Of a DNA stretch of 64,000 bases, positions 39,806 to 48,818 are shown piece after piece. A model generated the notes under the pieces. That model was not told the DNA's origin. It did no database searches and worked only from the letters and a program-made list of their open reading frames with translations. This DNA is from Sphingomonadaceae bacterium. Its GTDB lineage: Bacteria; Pseudomonadota; Alphaproteobacteria; Sphingomonadales; Sphingomonadaceae. Every line of letters starts with the position of its first letter. Position 1 is the stretch's first letter. The position numbers and the translations under genes are program-made. The DNA is taken from assembly GCA_035566015.1 (NCBI GenBank), contig DATMRS010000017.1, positions 43,449-107,448 of the forward strand. Direction: 5' to 3'.

Positions 39806-40409
39806 AGTCGCGCTGGCCGAGCCCAGGGACCTGCCGGTCGGCCCGACCGGGCGCCGCGGGCTCGGCTCCTGGGGTGTCGGCACGCTGATCGCGAGCGAAG
39901 CCGCGCTCTTCGGTTATCTGCTGTTCGCTTATTTCTATACCGGCGCGGCCGCGCCGGGCGCATGGGTGCTGGAGGCAGAGCCTTCGCTCAAGCTGGCGCT
40001 GCCCAACACGATCCTCCTGCTGCTGTCGAGCGTCGCGGCATGGTTTGGCGAGAGCGGCGTGCTGAAGGGGCGGCGCGGCCGGGCGCTGACAGGCTTCGGG
40101 CTGGCGTTCGTGATGGGGGCGGTGTTCGCGCTCGTCCAATGGTTCGAGTGGCAGGCGAAGCCGTTCGGCATCGGCGCGTCGAGCTATGCCTCGCTCTATT
40201 TCGTGACGACGGGTTTCCATATGGCGCATGTCCTTGTCGGCATCGCCATATTGGCGGCGCTCTTCTGCTGGACGGCGCTGGATTATTTCAGCCCCCGCCG
40301 GCGGCTCACCGTCACCGCCGGCGTCCTCTACTGGCACTTTGTCGACCTGGTCTGGCTGTTCGTCTTCGCTACCTATTATATCACGCCTTATCTGGGGTTC
40401 GGCACATGA
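39798..40409 (+). CDS. cytochrome c oxidase subunit III-like protein
   Basis: In-frame part of ORF 39723..40409 from MPEVALAEPRD. ...SSYASLYFVTTGFHMAHVLVG...YWHFVDLVWLFVF. Overlaps the CoxI end. Confidence 0.82.
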   Translation: MPEVALAEPRDLPVGPTGRRGLGSWGVGTLIASEAALFGYLLFAYFYTGAAAPGAWVLEAEPSLKLALPNTILLLLSSVAAWFGESGVLKGRRGRALTGFGLAFVMGAVFALVQWFEWQAKPFGIGASSYASLYFVTTGFHMAHVLVGIAILAALFCWTALDYFSPRRRLTVTAGVLYWHFVDLVWLFVFATYYITPYLGFGT

Positions 40410-40852
40410 ATGCCCGACATGAAGCGCTTCCCCATCATCCCGCGCCGCATCGGGAGCGGGTCGCGCTCCATGAGAGCCTGTTCGGCGTGGCGGGCGGGCC
40501 GATCGCCTGGTTCGTCCAGCTCTGCGCCGGCTATGCGTTGGCAAGCTGGCCCTGCTTTCCGAACAGCGATCGCGGCATCGCTCCCCTGCCCGGCTATGGC
40601 TGGACATGGCCGGCGATGATCGTGGTGCTGGTCGCCGGCGTGCTGGTGGCCTTCGCCGCTTTCCTCGTCTCGTGGCGGGTCTTCCGTCGGACGCGTGAGG
40701 AAGCCGGCGGCGGCGAGCATGAGTTGCTGGAAGTAGGAACGGGCCGTAGCCGCTTCCTTGCGCTCTGGGGCATGATCCTCGGGGGGAGCTTCACCATCGC
40801 GACCGCGCTCGACGCCGTCGCCTTCATCCTGCTGCCGCGATGCGCCGGCTGA
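40406..40852 (+). CDS. hypothetical membrane protein of the oxidase operon (possible small subunit)
   Basis: In-frame part of ORF 39962..40852 from MNARHEALPHH. The ATG overlaps the CoxIII stop. Three or four predicted hydrophobic helices. No family recognised. Confidence 0.55.
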   Translation: MNARHEALPHHPAPHRERVALHESLFGVAGGPIAWFVQLCAGYALASWPCFPNSDRGIAPLPGYGWTWPAMIVVLVAGVLVAFAAFLVSWRVFRRTREEAGGGEHELLEVGTGRSRFLALWGMILGGSFTIATALDAVAFILLPRCAG

Positions 40853-41181
40853 TCCCCCTCATGGCGCTCGGCCTTCTCGCGTCCTGCGGGAAGGGTGACC
40901 ACTATGCCGAGGCGAAGGCGCTCATCGCCGCCAATTGCGTCGCCTGCCATATCGTGCCGGGCGTCCCCGCCGCCACGGGCACCGTGGGTCCCTCGCTGGC
41001 CGGGGTAGGTCGCCGCAAGGTACTCGCGGGTCGCTTCCCGAATACGCCCGCGACGATGGCGCGCTGGATCGAGCATCCGCAGGCGATGTTGCCGGGCACC
41101 GCCATGCCCGAAATGGGCTTTACCGCCGCACAGGCGCGCACCATCGCCACCTATCTCTACACGCTGGATGATGAAAAATGA
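40840..41181 (+). CDS. c-type cytochrome, probable lipoprotein
   Basis: 113 aa. Lipobox-like LLASCG, heme motif CVACH, distal Met region GTAMPEMG. Confidence 0.8.
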   Translation: MRRLIPLMALGLLASCGKGDHYAEAKALIAANCVACHIVPGVPAATGTVGPSLAGVGRRKVLAGRFPNTPATMARWIEHPQAMLPGTAMPEMGFTAAQARTIATYLYTLDDEK

Positions 41182-43040
41182 GATGCTTACGCCTGCTTCC
41201 CGCGCTCACGCTTTTTCCCATGTCGGTGGCCGCGCAAACGGTGCCGCCCCCGGTGCCCGCGAACGAGGTGTTCACGCGTGAGCAGATCGGGCACGCGCTC
41301 GCGGCGCCGACCCCGAATGCGGGGCGCACGCACGCTAACGTCCCGCGCGATGACGGCCAGTGGACGATGCCGTCCAAAAATTATGCGGGCACCCGCTATT
41401 CGGCGATGAACGAGATCACGCCCGCGAACGTGCGCAACCTGAAGCCGGTCGTCACCTTTTCGCTGGGCGTGAACAAGGGGCAGGAGGCCGCGCCGATCGT
41501 GGCGGACGGCACGATGTATATCGTGACCGCCTATCCCAATTACGTCTATGCACTCGATCTCACCAAGCCCGGCGCGCCGCTCAAGTGGAAATTCGCGCCG
41601 AAGCCTCTGCCAGCCAGCCAGGGCGTCGCCTGCTGTGATGTGGTCAATCGCGGCGGAACGATCAGCAACGGCAAATATATCTTCAACACGCTCGACGGGC
41701 AGACGATCGCGATCAACGTCAGGACGGGCAAGGCGGTGTGGCGCACCAAGCTCGGCAACATCAACAAGGGTGAGACGATCACGATGGCGCCGCTGGTCGC
41801 CGACGGGAAGGTCTATGTCGGCAATTCGGGCGGCGAACTGGGCGTGCGCGGCTGGATCGCGGCACTCGACGAGAAGAGCGGCAAGCTGCTGTGGAAGGCC
41901 TATAATACAGGGCCGGACAAGGATGTGCTGATCGGTCCCGCCTTCAGGCCCTTCTACGCGGCCGATCGCGGCAAGGACCTCGGCGTGAAGACCTGGCCGC
42001 CCGAGGCCTGGAAGATCGGCGGCGGCAATGTCTGGGGATGGGTCAGCTATGATCCCGAACTGGGCGTGATCTATCACGGCACGGGCAATCCCGGTCCCTG
42101 GAATCAGGAGCAGCGGCCCGGCGACAACAAATGGACGACCGGCATCTTCGCGCGCGATCCCGATACGGGTGCCGCCAAATGGTATTATCAGTTCACGCCG
42201 CATGACGAGCATGATTATGACGGGATCAACGAGCAGATATTGCTCGACATGCCGTTTGCCGGGAAGATGCGGAAGGTGCTCGTCCGGCCCGAGCGCAACG
42301 GCTATGTCTATGTTATCGAGCGCACGACCGGGCGCGTGCTGTCTGCCGATCCTTTCGGACCCGTCAATTCCTCCAAGGGCGTCGATCTCAAGACCGGGCG
42401 GCTGATCGTCAACAAGGCGAAGGAAACGAAGCTCGGCCAGGTGGTCCGCAATATCTGCCCCACCGCGTCGGGCGCGAAGGACTGGAACCCCTCCTCATTC
42501 AGTCCGCGAACAGGGCTGATCTACATTCCGCACGAAAATCTGTGCATGGACTGGATGAACCTCGAGGTGAGCTACATCTCCGGCACGCCCTATGTCGGCG
42601 CAGAGGTGCATATGAAGCCGGGCCCCGGCGGCCATCGCGGCGAATTGACGGCGTGGGATCCCGTCCGGCGCCGTCCGGTCTGGACGGTGAAGGAGAATTT
42701 CCCCGTCTGGTCGGGCACCGTCGTCACCGGCGGCGATGTCGTTTTCTATGGAACGATGGACGGCTGGTTCAAGGCGGTCGACGCGCGCACGGGCAAGCTG
42801 CTGTGGCGGTTCAAGGCGGATAGCGGCATCATCAGCCAGCCGGTCAGCTATCGCGGGCCCGACGGGCACCAATATATCGCCGTGCTTTCGGGCGTGGGCG
42901 GCTGGGCGGGGGCGGTCGTGTCGGGGCCTGTCGATCCGCGCGACGGATCGGCCGCGCTCGGCTTCGTCAACGCCATGTCCGATCTTCCCAAATATTCCAC
43001 CGCCGGAGGGACGCTTTATGTCTTCGCGCTTCCGCACTGA
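41178..43040 (+). CDS. xoxF: PQQ-dependent methanol/ethanol-family dehydrogenase, XoxF-type
   Basis: 620 aa with signal peptide. Collinear with my memory of MxaF/XoxF: ...GVACCDVVNRG..., GNSGGELGVRGW, KIGGGNVWGW, TPHDEHDYDGINE, ICPTASGAKDWN, VFYGTMDGWFKAVDARTGKLLW. Confidence 0.88.
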   Translation: MRCLRLLPALTLFPMSVAAQTVPPPVPANEVFTREQIGHALAAPTPNAGRTHANVPRDDGQWTMPSKNYAGTRYSAMNEITPANVRNLKPVVTFSLGVNKGQEAAPIVADGTMYIVTAYPNYVYALDLTKPGAPLKWKFAPKPLPASQGVACCDVVNRGGTISNGKYIFNTLDGQTIAINVRTGKAVWRTKLGNINKGETITMAPLVADGKVYVGNSGGELGVRGWIAALDEKSGKLLWKAYNTGPDKDVLIGPAFRPFYAADRGKDLGVKTWPPEAWKIGGGNVWGWVSYDPELGVIYHGTGNPGPWNQEQRPGDNKWTTGIFARDPDTGAAKWYYQFTPHDEHDYDGINEQILLDMPFAGKMRKVLVRPERNGYVYVIERTTGRVLSADPFGPVNSSKGVDLKTGRLIVNKAKETKLGQVVRNICPTASGAKDWNPSSFSPRTGLIYIPHENLCMDWMNLEVSYISGTPYVGAEVHMKPGPGGHRGELTAWDPVRRRPVWTVKENFPVWSGTVVTGGDVVFYGTMDGWFKAVDARTGKLLWRFKADSGIISQPVSYRGPDGHQYIAVLSGVGGWAGAVVSGPVDPRDGSAALGFVNAMSDLPKYSTAGGTLYVFALPH

Positions 43041-43599
43041 GGCCGTGGGGCTCGCCCTCCTGCTGCTCGCCGGCTGCGACAAGGGGCAAGAGGAACAGGG
43101 GATGCCGGCGCAGCAACCGATCACGCAAGGCGTGATAGACAGCGCGCTTGCCCCGGGATCGAGCGCGCCCGCCGTAACCGAGGACCCACGCGCCGCCGCT
43201 TATTATGACAATGCCGACGCCGTGAACACCGGCAAGCGATTGTTCCATCAATATAATTGTTCGGGCTGCCACTCGAACGGCGGCGGCGGCATGGGGCCGT
43301 CGCTGATGGACGATGAGTGGATCTATGGCGGCCGCCTGACGCAAATACATCAGACGCTGGTCGAGGGACGGCCCAACGGCATGCCCGCCTGGGGCGGACG
43401 GATACCCGACGAGCAGCTCTGGCAGATTTCCGCTTATGTCCGTTCGATGTCGTTACCGGCGACATTGGCGGCGCAGAACGGGCCGACGCCGTCACAGTCC
43501 CCCGCCCCCGTGCCAAGAGCAGCCGATCAGCATGCCGGTTGGGCGCCGCCGCCCGACACGACTAACGATTATACGACAACGACGATGGGGCCGGGGTGA
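43018..43599 (+). CDS. c-type cytochrome, probable lipoprotein (candidate electron acceptor of the dehydrogenase)
   Basis: In-frame part of ORF 42736..43599 from MSSRFRTEAVGLALLLLAGC (lipobox). CSGCH heme motif, ...GMGPSLMDDEWIYG...GMPAWG. Overlaps the xoxF end by 23 nt. Confidence 0.8.
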   Translation: MSSRFRTEAVGLALLLLAGCDKGQEEQGMPAQQPITQGVIDSALAPGSSAPAVTEDPRAAAYYDNADAVNTGKRLFHQYNCSGCHSNGGGGMGPSLMDDEWIYGGRLTQIHQTLVEGRPNGMPAWGGRIPDEQLWQISAYVRSMSLPATLAAQNGPTPSQSPAPVPRAADQHAGWAPPPDTTNDYTTTTMGPG

Positions 43600-44552
43600 G
43601 ACATTATCCGCTGCTGTTGCTGGCGCTGCTCGCCACACCAGTCTTTGCCGATACCGTTTATGTTTCCGATGAGCAGGCGAACGTGCTGCGCGTCGTCAAC
43701 GGCCAGACGGGCGCGGTAAAGGGCGCGATCGCAGTCGGCGCGCGTCCGCGCGGCATGGCGCTCTCCCCCGACGGGCGCACGCTCTACGTCGCGGCGGGCG
43801 ACGCCAACCGGATCGATGCCATCGATCTCGCGACAGGAAAGGTGGTGCGCCACCTCGATTCCGGCACCGATCCCGAACGGTTCGTCGTCAGCCCCGACGG
43901 CAAGCGCCTTTACATCGCCAATGAGGATCATAGCGCCGTATCCTTTTTCGATCTGCCGGCGAACAAGGTGGTACGCGAGGTGCGCGTCGGCCCGGAGCCG
44001 GAGGGCATGGCGGTCAGCCCCGATGGCCGACTGGTAGTCGCGACGTCGGAGGGCGCCAGCACCGTCCATTTCATCGATGCGACGACGGGCGCATTGATCG
44101 ATAGCGCGCTGGTCGGTTCGCGCCCCCGCGCCGCCCTGTTCCTCGATCACGGCAAGCGGCTCTGGGTCACGTCCGAGCTTCGGGGCACGATCAGTGTCTT
44201 CGACGTGGCCACGCGCAAGATCGCCGCGATCATCGATCTGCAAAAGATGCTGCCCGACATCGATCCGGTGCAGGCCGTCGAGCTTGCTGCCACGCGGGAC
44301 GGCAAGCGCATCTTCGTGGCGCTGGGCCGCGGCGATCACGTCGCGGAGATCGATCCGGCGACGCGCGAGGTCGTGCGCACCTTTCCGGTCGGCAACCGCA
44401 ACTGGGGCATAACGCTCTCGCCCGACGAGAAGCGTCTCTACGCGGTGGCCGGCCTTTCGGGAGACATGACCGTGATCGATCTGGTGGCCAATCGGGTGAT
44501 ACGTACCGTGAAGTTGGGAGGACGTCCCTGGGGCGTGGTGGCGACGCCATGA
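43596..44552 (+). CDS. YVTN-type beta-propeller repeat protein (PQQ-dehydrogenase-associated class)
   Basis: 318 aa with signal peptide. Repeated ...P.G.A.SPDG..LYVA... units (at least 6). Start overlaps the upstream stop. Confidence 0.78.
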   Translation: MRHYPLLLLALLATPVFADTVYVSDEQANVLRVVNGQTGAVKGAIAVGARPRGMALSPDGRTLYVAAGDANRIDAIDLATGKVVRHLDSGTDPERFVVSPDGKRLYIANEDHSAVSFFDLPANKVVREVRVGPEPEGMAVSPDGRLVVATSEGASTVHFIDATTGALIDSALVGSRPRAALFLDHGKRLWVTSELRGTISVFDVATRKIAAIIDLQKMLPDIDPVQAVELAATRDGKRIFVALGRGDHVAEIDPATREVVRTFPVGNRNWGITLSPDEKRLYAVAGLSGDMTVIDLVANRVIRTVKLGGRPWGVVATP

Positions 44553-45340
44553 GCGCGTTGCTGCTCGGTATCCTGTTGCAGGCCGCGCCCGCGCCGGCAC
44601 AACCGCGCGAGCTGGTGGTCTGCGCGGATCCCAACAACCTGCCCTTCTCCAATCGCGCGGGCGAGGGATTTGAGAACAAGATCGCCGCGCTGCTGGCGCG
44701 CGATCTCGGTGCAAAGATCAGCTATATCTGGTGGGCGCAGCGGCGCGGCTATGTCCGCAACACGCTGAACGAGGCGAAGTGCGACATCTGGCCGGGTGTG
44801 GCAAGCGGCGTCGAAATGGTCGCGACTACAAGGCCTTATTACCGTTCCACCTATGTCTTCCTGACGCGCAAGGACAGGCCGCTGGGCGGCCTCACCCTCG
44901 ACGATCCGCGCCTCAAGTCGCTGTCGATCGGCGTGCAGATGGTGGGCGACGATGCGATGAACACGCCGCCCGCTCATGCGATGGCCAGCCGGGGGCTGAT
45001 CGACAATATCCGCGGCTATATGCTTTACGGTGATTATCAGCAGCCCAACCCGCCGTCCGCAATCATCGATGCCGTCGCCAAAGGCGATGTGGACGTTGCC
45101 CTCGTCTGGGGGCCGCTTGCCGGCTATTTCGCACAGCGATCGGCGGTGCCGCTTCGGATCGAGCCGGTGACTCCCTGGCTCGATCAGGCGCAATGGCCAA
45201 TGGTCTATGACATTTCGGTGGGGGTTCGCCGCGACGAACCTGGCCTTCGCAAGGCGATCGAAGCCGTCCTGGAGAAGGAAAAACCTACGATAGACGCACT
45301 ATTGCGCGACTATGGCGTGCCCGCGCCAGCGGGCGATTGA
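44549..45340 (+). CDS. quinoprotein-dehydrogenase-associated periplasmic substrate-binding protein (MxaJ/XoxJ-like)
   Basis: 263 aa. ...ELVVCADPNNLPFSN...FENKIAALLARDLG...YIWWAQRRGYVRNTL...CD... typical of MxaJ-like proteins. Start overlaps the upstream stop. Confidence 0.8.
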   Translation: MSALLLGILLQAAPAPAQPRELVVCADPNNLPFSNRAGEGFENKIAALLARDLGAKISYIWWAQRRGYVRNTLNEAKCDIWPGVASGVEMVATTRPYYRSTYVFLTRKDRPLGGLTLDDPRLKSLSIGVQMVGDDAMNTPPAHAMASRGLIDNIRGYMLYGDYQQPNPPSAIIDAVAKGDVDVALVWGPLAGYFAQRSAVPLRIEPVTPWLDQAQWPMVYDISVGVRRDEPGLRKAIEAVLEKEKPTIDALLRDYGVPAPAGD

Positions 45341-45411
45341 CGCGCCCGCGATCCGCCGCCTAGCTGATCGTCGAACGCGGCAAAGCCGCCGACGCGATCA
45401 AGGAGCGACGC

Positions 45412-46227
45412 ATGACCGAACCGACCGGAGCCGCCGGGCTCACCATGTATCATATCCCCGGCTGCCCCTTCTCCGAGCGGGTGGAATTGCTGCTCGATCT
45501 CAAGGGCCTGAACGGGATCATGGCGGATCATGAGATCGACATCTCCAAGCCGCGCCCCGACTGGCTGCTCAAGAAGACGCGCGGCACCACCTCGCTCCCC
45601 GCGCTGGAGCTGGAAAATGGCGAGACGCTGAAGGAAAGCATGGTCATCATGCGCTACTTCGAGGATCGCTATCCCGATCCGGCGGTGGCTCAGCGCGATC
45701 CTTATCGCCACGCCGTCGAGAATATGCTGTGCGCGACCGACGGCGCGTTCACGGGATCGGGCTACCGCATGATCCTGAACCGCGATCCGGCCAAGCGCGA
45801 CGAACTCGCTGCCGAAGTGAATGCGCAATATGCCCGGCTCGATGATTTCCTGCGCTATTACAGTCCGAACGGCACCTATCTGTTCGACGCGTTCGGCTGG
45901 GCCGAAGTGGCGTTCACGCCGATGTTCAAGCGACTCTGGTTCCTTGAATATTATGAGAATTACGAGATCCCGCAAACGCTGACGCGCCTTCTCGCCTGGC
46001 GCGAGGCGTGTCTGGCGCATGAGGTCAGCCAGCGCCATCATGGCCATGAGGAATTGATGAAGCTCTATTTCGATTATAGCCAGGGCGCGGGCAACGGCCG
46101 CATTCCCCAAGGCCGCACGATATCGAGCTTCACCCTCGATCCCCATTGGCGCGATCGGCCGATGCCCCCCCGCGACAAATGGGGCAAGGCGCCTGGCGAT
46201 GCTGAACTGGGGCTCATCCCCGTCTGA
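45412..46227 (+). CDS. glutathione S-transferase-family protein (thioredoxin-like N-domain with CPF motif)
   Basis: 271 aa. MYHIPGCPFSERVELLL...LPALELENGETLKESMVIMRYFEDRYP. AAGGAG SD upstream. Confidence 0.75.
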   Translation: MTEPTGAAGLTMYHIPGCPFSERVELLLDLKGLNGIMADHEIDISKPRPDWLLKKTRGTTSLPALELENGETLKESMVIMRYFEDRYPDPAVAQRDPYRHAVENMLCATDGAFTGSGYRMILNRDPAKRDELAAEVNAQYARLDDFLRYYSPNGTYLFDAFGWAEVAFTPMFKRLWFLEYYENYEIPQTLTRLLAWREACLAHEVSQRHHGHEELMKLYFDYSQGAGNGRIPQGRTISSFTLDPHWRDRPMPPRDKWGKAPGDAELGLIPV

Positions 46228-46244
46228 AAAGGAGCCGAATCCTC

Positions 46245-46874
46245 ATGCGGATCTTCGCCCGTCTGGTCCTGCCGGCCGCTCTCCTCTGCCTCGCCATCGC
46301 GCCGGCATCCGGCCAGGCGCCTGAAGGGCAGCCACCGGCGCCCAAACCGGCGACGGTCCGCGTAACGCTACAGACGAGTGACGGGCCGATCGTCCTCGAA
46401 CTGGAAAAGGAGCGCGCGCCGATCACGACCGCCAATTTCCTGCGTTATGTCGACCAGAAGCGCTTCGACGGCACCAGCTTCTATCGCGCGGCGAAGGTGG
46501 CGGAGGGCTATGGTCTCGTCCAGGGCGGGACGCGCAACGATCCCAAGCGCACACTCCCGCCGATCGTGCATGAACCGACCACCCTAACCCACCTGTCGCA
46601 TGTCGAGGGCGTCATCTCGATGGCGCGTGAGGCTCCGGGCACGGCGACCGGCGATTTCTTCATCACCGTAGGCGACATGCCCTCGCTCGACGCCGATCCG
46701 ACGCAGCCGGGCGATAATGCCGGCTTCGCCGCCTTCGGTCATGTCGTCGAAGGCATGGACGTGGTGCGCCACATCCTCGAAGCGCCGACCTCACCCACCG
46801 AAGGCGAAGGCATCATGAAGGGCCAGATGCTCTCACCCCCGATCCGCATAGTCACGGCTCGCCGGACGGAGTGA
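46245..46874 (+). CDS. periplasmic peptidyl-prolyl cis-trans isomerase (cyclophilin type)
   Basis: 209 aa with signal peptide. ...APITTANFLRYVD...FYR...GVISMAREAPGTATGDFFI...FAAFGHVVEGMDVV. Confidence 0.88.
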   Translation: MRIFARLVLPAALLCLAIAPASGQAPEGQPPAPKPATVRVTLQTSDGPIVLELEKERAPITTANFLRYVDQKRFDGTSFYRAAKVAEGYGLVQGGTRNDPKRTLPPIVHEPTTLTHLSHVEGVISMAREAPGTATGDFFITVGDMPSLDADPTQPGDNAGFAAFGHVVEGMDVVRHILEAPTSPTEGEGIMKGQMLSPPIRIVTARRTE

Positions 46875-46936
46875 AGGCGGGGAAACCCGAATTTATCGCG
46901 CTGGACCGCCACCGAACGTCAGCGTAGGCGCGAATC

Positions 46937-47725
46937 ATGGTCCAACTCGCGCCCGAAATTATTGCCTTGCTGTTCTTCGCGGCAGTCGCGGCGGGCTTCG
47001 TCGACGCGATCGGCGGCGGGGGCGGATTGATCACCCTTCCTGCCCTTCTGGCGGCCGGCGTCGGCCCCGTCGCGGCGATCGCCACCAACAAGACGCAGGG
47101 CAGTTTCGGCACGGCGTCCGCCACCTGGGCCTTCTGGCGCAAGGGCCATATCGACTTCAGGCTTCTCAAATGGCCGCTGATCGCCACTCTGGTCGGCGCC
47201 GCCCTCGGCGCCGGCACCGTCCTGCTGGTCGATACAAAATGGCTGATGGTGCTGCTGCCCGTCCTGCTCGTCGCCATCGCCTTCTATTTTCTGATCGGCC
47301 CCAGGGCGAGCGACGAGGACGTCCATGCCCGGCTCACGCCCTTCGCGTTCGGGACGGTCGCCGGCGGCATCGGCTTCTATGACGGCTTCTTCGGGCCGGG
47401 CACCGGATCGTTCTTCATTTTGGCGCTGGTCACGCTGCTGGGCATGGGGTTGACCCGCGCCACCGCGCACACCAAGGCGCTGAATTTCACGAGCAACGCC
47501 GTCTCGCTCGTCATATTCGCGATCGGGGGCCACGTCCTCTGGATCGTCGGCCTGATCATGGCGGCGGGCCAGGTGATCGGCGGTTGGGCCGGCTCTCACG
47601 CCGCGATGCATTTCGGGCCGAAGATCATTCGCCCCTTACTGGTAATCGTCTGCCTCGCAATGGTGGTGAAACTTCTCGCCGACCCGGCTAACCCGCTGCG
47701 AGCTTGGGTCAGCGGCCCGTTTTGA
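46937..47725 (+). CDS. TSUP (TauE/SafE) family anion exporter
   Basis: 262 aa polytopic protein. ...GFVDAIGGGGGLITLPALL... and the second-half repeat ...FYDGFFGPGTGSFF.... Confidence 0.85.
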   Translation: MVQLAPEIIALLFFAAVAAGFVDAIGGGGGLITLPALLAAGVGPVAAIATNKTQGSFGTASATWAFWRKGHIDFRLLKWPLIATLVGAALGAGTVLLVDTKWLMVLLPVLLVAIAFYFLIGPRASDEDVHARLTPFAFGTVAGGIGFYDGFFGPGTGSFFILALVTLLGMGLTRATAHTKALNFTSNAVSLVIFAIGGHVLWIVGLIMAAGQVIGGWAGSHAAMHFGPKIIRPLLVIVCLAMVVKLLADPANPLRAWVSGPF

Positions 47726-47737
47726 GCTGCCGGTCAG

Positions 47738-48262
47738 CTAATATGAACGTGTGCGCAGCCGCCCTTCATAATCACGCTTGCCAATCGGAACGCCCCGCAT
47801 CCGCAGGATGTCGTAGGCCGTGACAACGTGGAAGTAGAAGTTGGGTATCGAGAACGACAGAATCAGCGTCTCGGACGTAAAGGCGAGTTTGCGAGGACCG
47901 ATCTGAAGGTCCAGATGCCTGCCCGCCCAGCCATTTACCTCGTCGGATCCGAACGCCTCCAGCGCCCTTTTCGCCTTCTCCATCATCCCTTTCAAATCGC
48001 CGAATGGAACCGGTCCCACAAGTGCGGGCGGAGTGAATGCGCCCGTTCGCGCAGCCTCAAGTCCCCACACCGCATGATGCCATGCTGCCTCGATCTGGAA
48101 ATGAAATGGGGCCATGTCATCAATCAAGCGAACTTCCACAAAGTCGTCAGGGTCGTGGCCCGTTTTCACGCAATGCTCCTCTGCGCGATCAAGGACGCGC
48201 GCGAGAGCATTCACGGTCTGCAAGAAGGTCGGCACACTGATGTCGTAGAGTGAGATTGACAT
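47738..48262 (-). CDS. DUF1993-family protein
   Basis: ORF 47738..48334. Start MSISLYDISVPTFLQ at 48262. ...NFYFHVVTAYDILRMRGVPIGKRDY is the C-terminal signature of the family. Confidence 0.75.
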   Translation of the reverse strand: MSISLYDISVPTFLQTVNALARVLDRAEEHCVKTGHDPDDFVEVRLIDDMAPFHFQIEAAWHHAVWGLEAARTGAFTPPALVGPVPFGDLKGMMEKAKRALEAFGSDEVNGWAGRHLDLQIGPRKLAFTSETLILSFSIPNFYFHVVTAYDILRMRGVPIGKRDYEGRLRTRSY

Positions 48263-48344
48263 GAGCGGCGCTCTCCCCGGCGACTTTGCGACTCTGCTCT
48301 TAGTGAGAGAAGCGGACTGCGCCAACGGCAGCAATGGGGGCGTT

Positions 48345-48434
48345 TGGCGGATGGGGTGGGATTCGAACCCACGGTGAGCGTGAACCCACGGCGGTTTTCA
48401 AGACCGCTGCCTTAAACCACTCGGCCACCCATCC
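48345..48434 (-). tRNA. tRNA-Ser (anticodon UGA)
   Basis: The reverse complement folds as GGATGGG/CCCATCC acceptor, GCGGT-CTTGAAA-ACCGC anticodon arm (TGA), a long variable arm, GTGGG-TTCGAAT-CCCAC T-arm, and an encoded 3' GCCA. Confidence 0.9.
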
Positions 48435-48586
48435 TGAGGCAAGCGCCTGTACCGTGTTTTTCGGCGATGCCAACGCTGTTCCTGTGATTGCCCCTGAAAA
48501 TCGGACTTTCCACTCCTATCTATCTTTTTTGTCGATGTGCCGCTAACGCAGCGCGGTTTTCGCGGACATATGGATCAAGAGGGCTG

Positions 48587-48805
48587 ATGGCCAAGGAAGA
48601 ACTGCTTGAAATGCGCGGGTCGGTTGTGGAACTCCTCCCCAACGCGATGTTCCGCGTGCGGCTGGAGAACGATCATGAGGTTCTCAGCCATACCGCCGGC
48701 AAGATGCGCAAGAATCGTATTCGCGTGCTCGTCGGCGACGAGGTGCTCGTCGAATTGACGCCTTATGATCTGACCAAGGGTCGGATCACCTACCGCTTCA
48801 AATAA
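48587..48805 (+). CDS. infA: translation initiation factor IF-1
   Basis: 72 aa from [72 protein letters not shown] (within ORF 48488..48805). Confidence 0.95.
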   Translation: MAKEELLEMRGSVVELLPNAMFRVRLENDHEVLSHTAGKMRKNRIRVLVGDEVLVELTPYDLTKGRITYRFK

Positions 48806-48818
48806 TCGGACTGCTGTC

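Noticed and set aside
41187-44714. Long minus-strand ORFs 41187..42212 and 43569..44714
   Set aside because: Antisense to xoxF, the cytochrome c gene and the beta-propeller gene, all of which have clear family motifs. Low-complexity Arg/Asp/Gly-rich translations.
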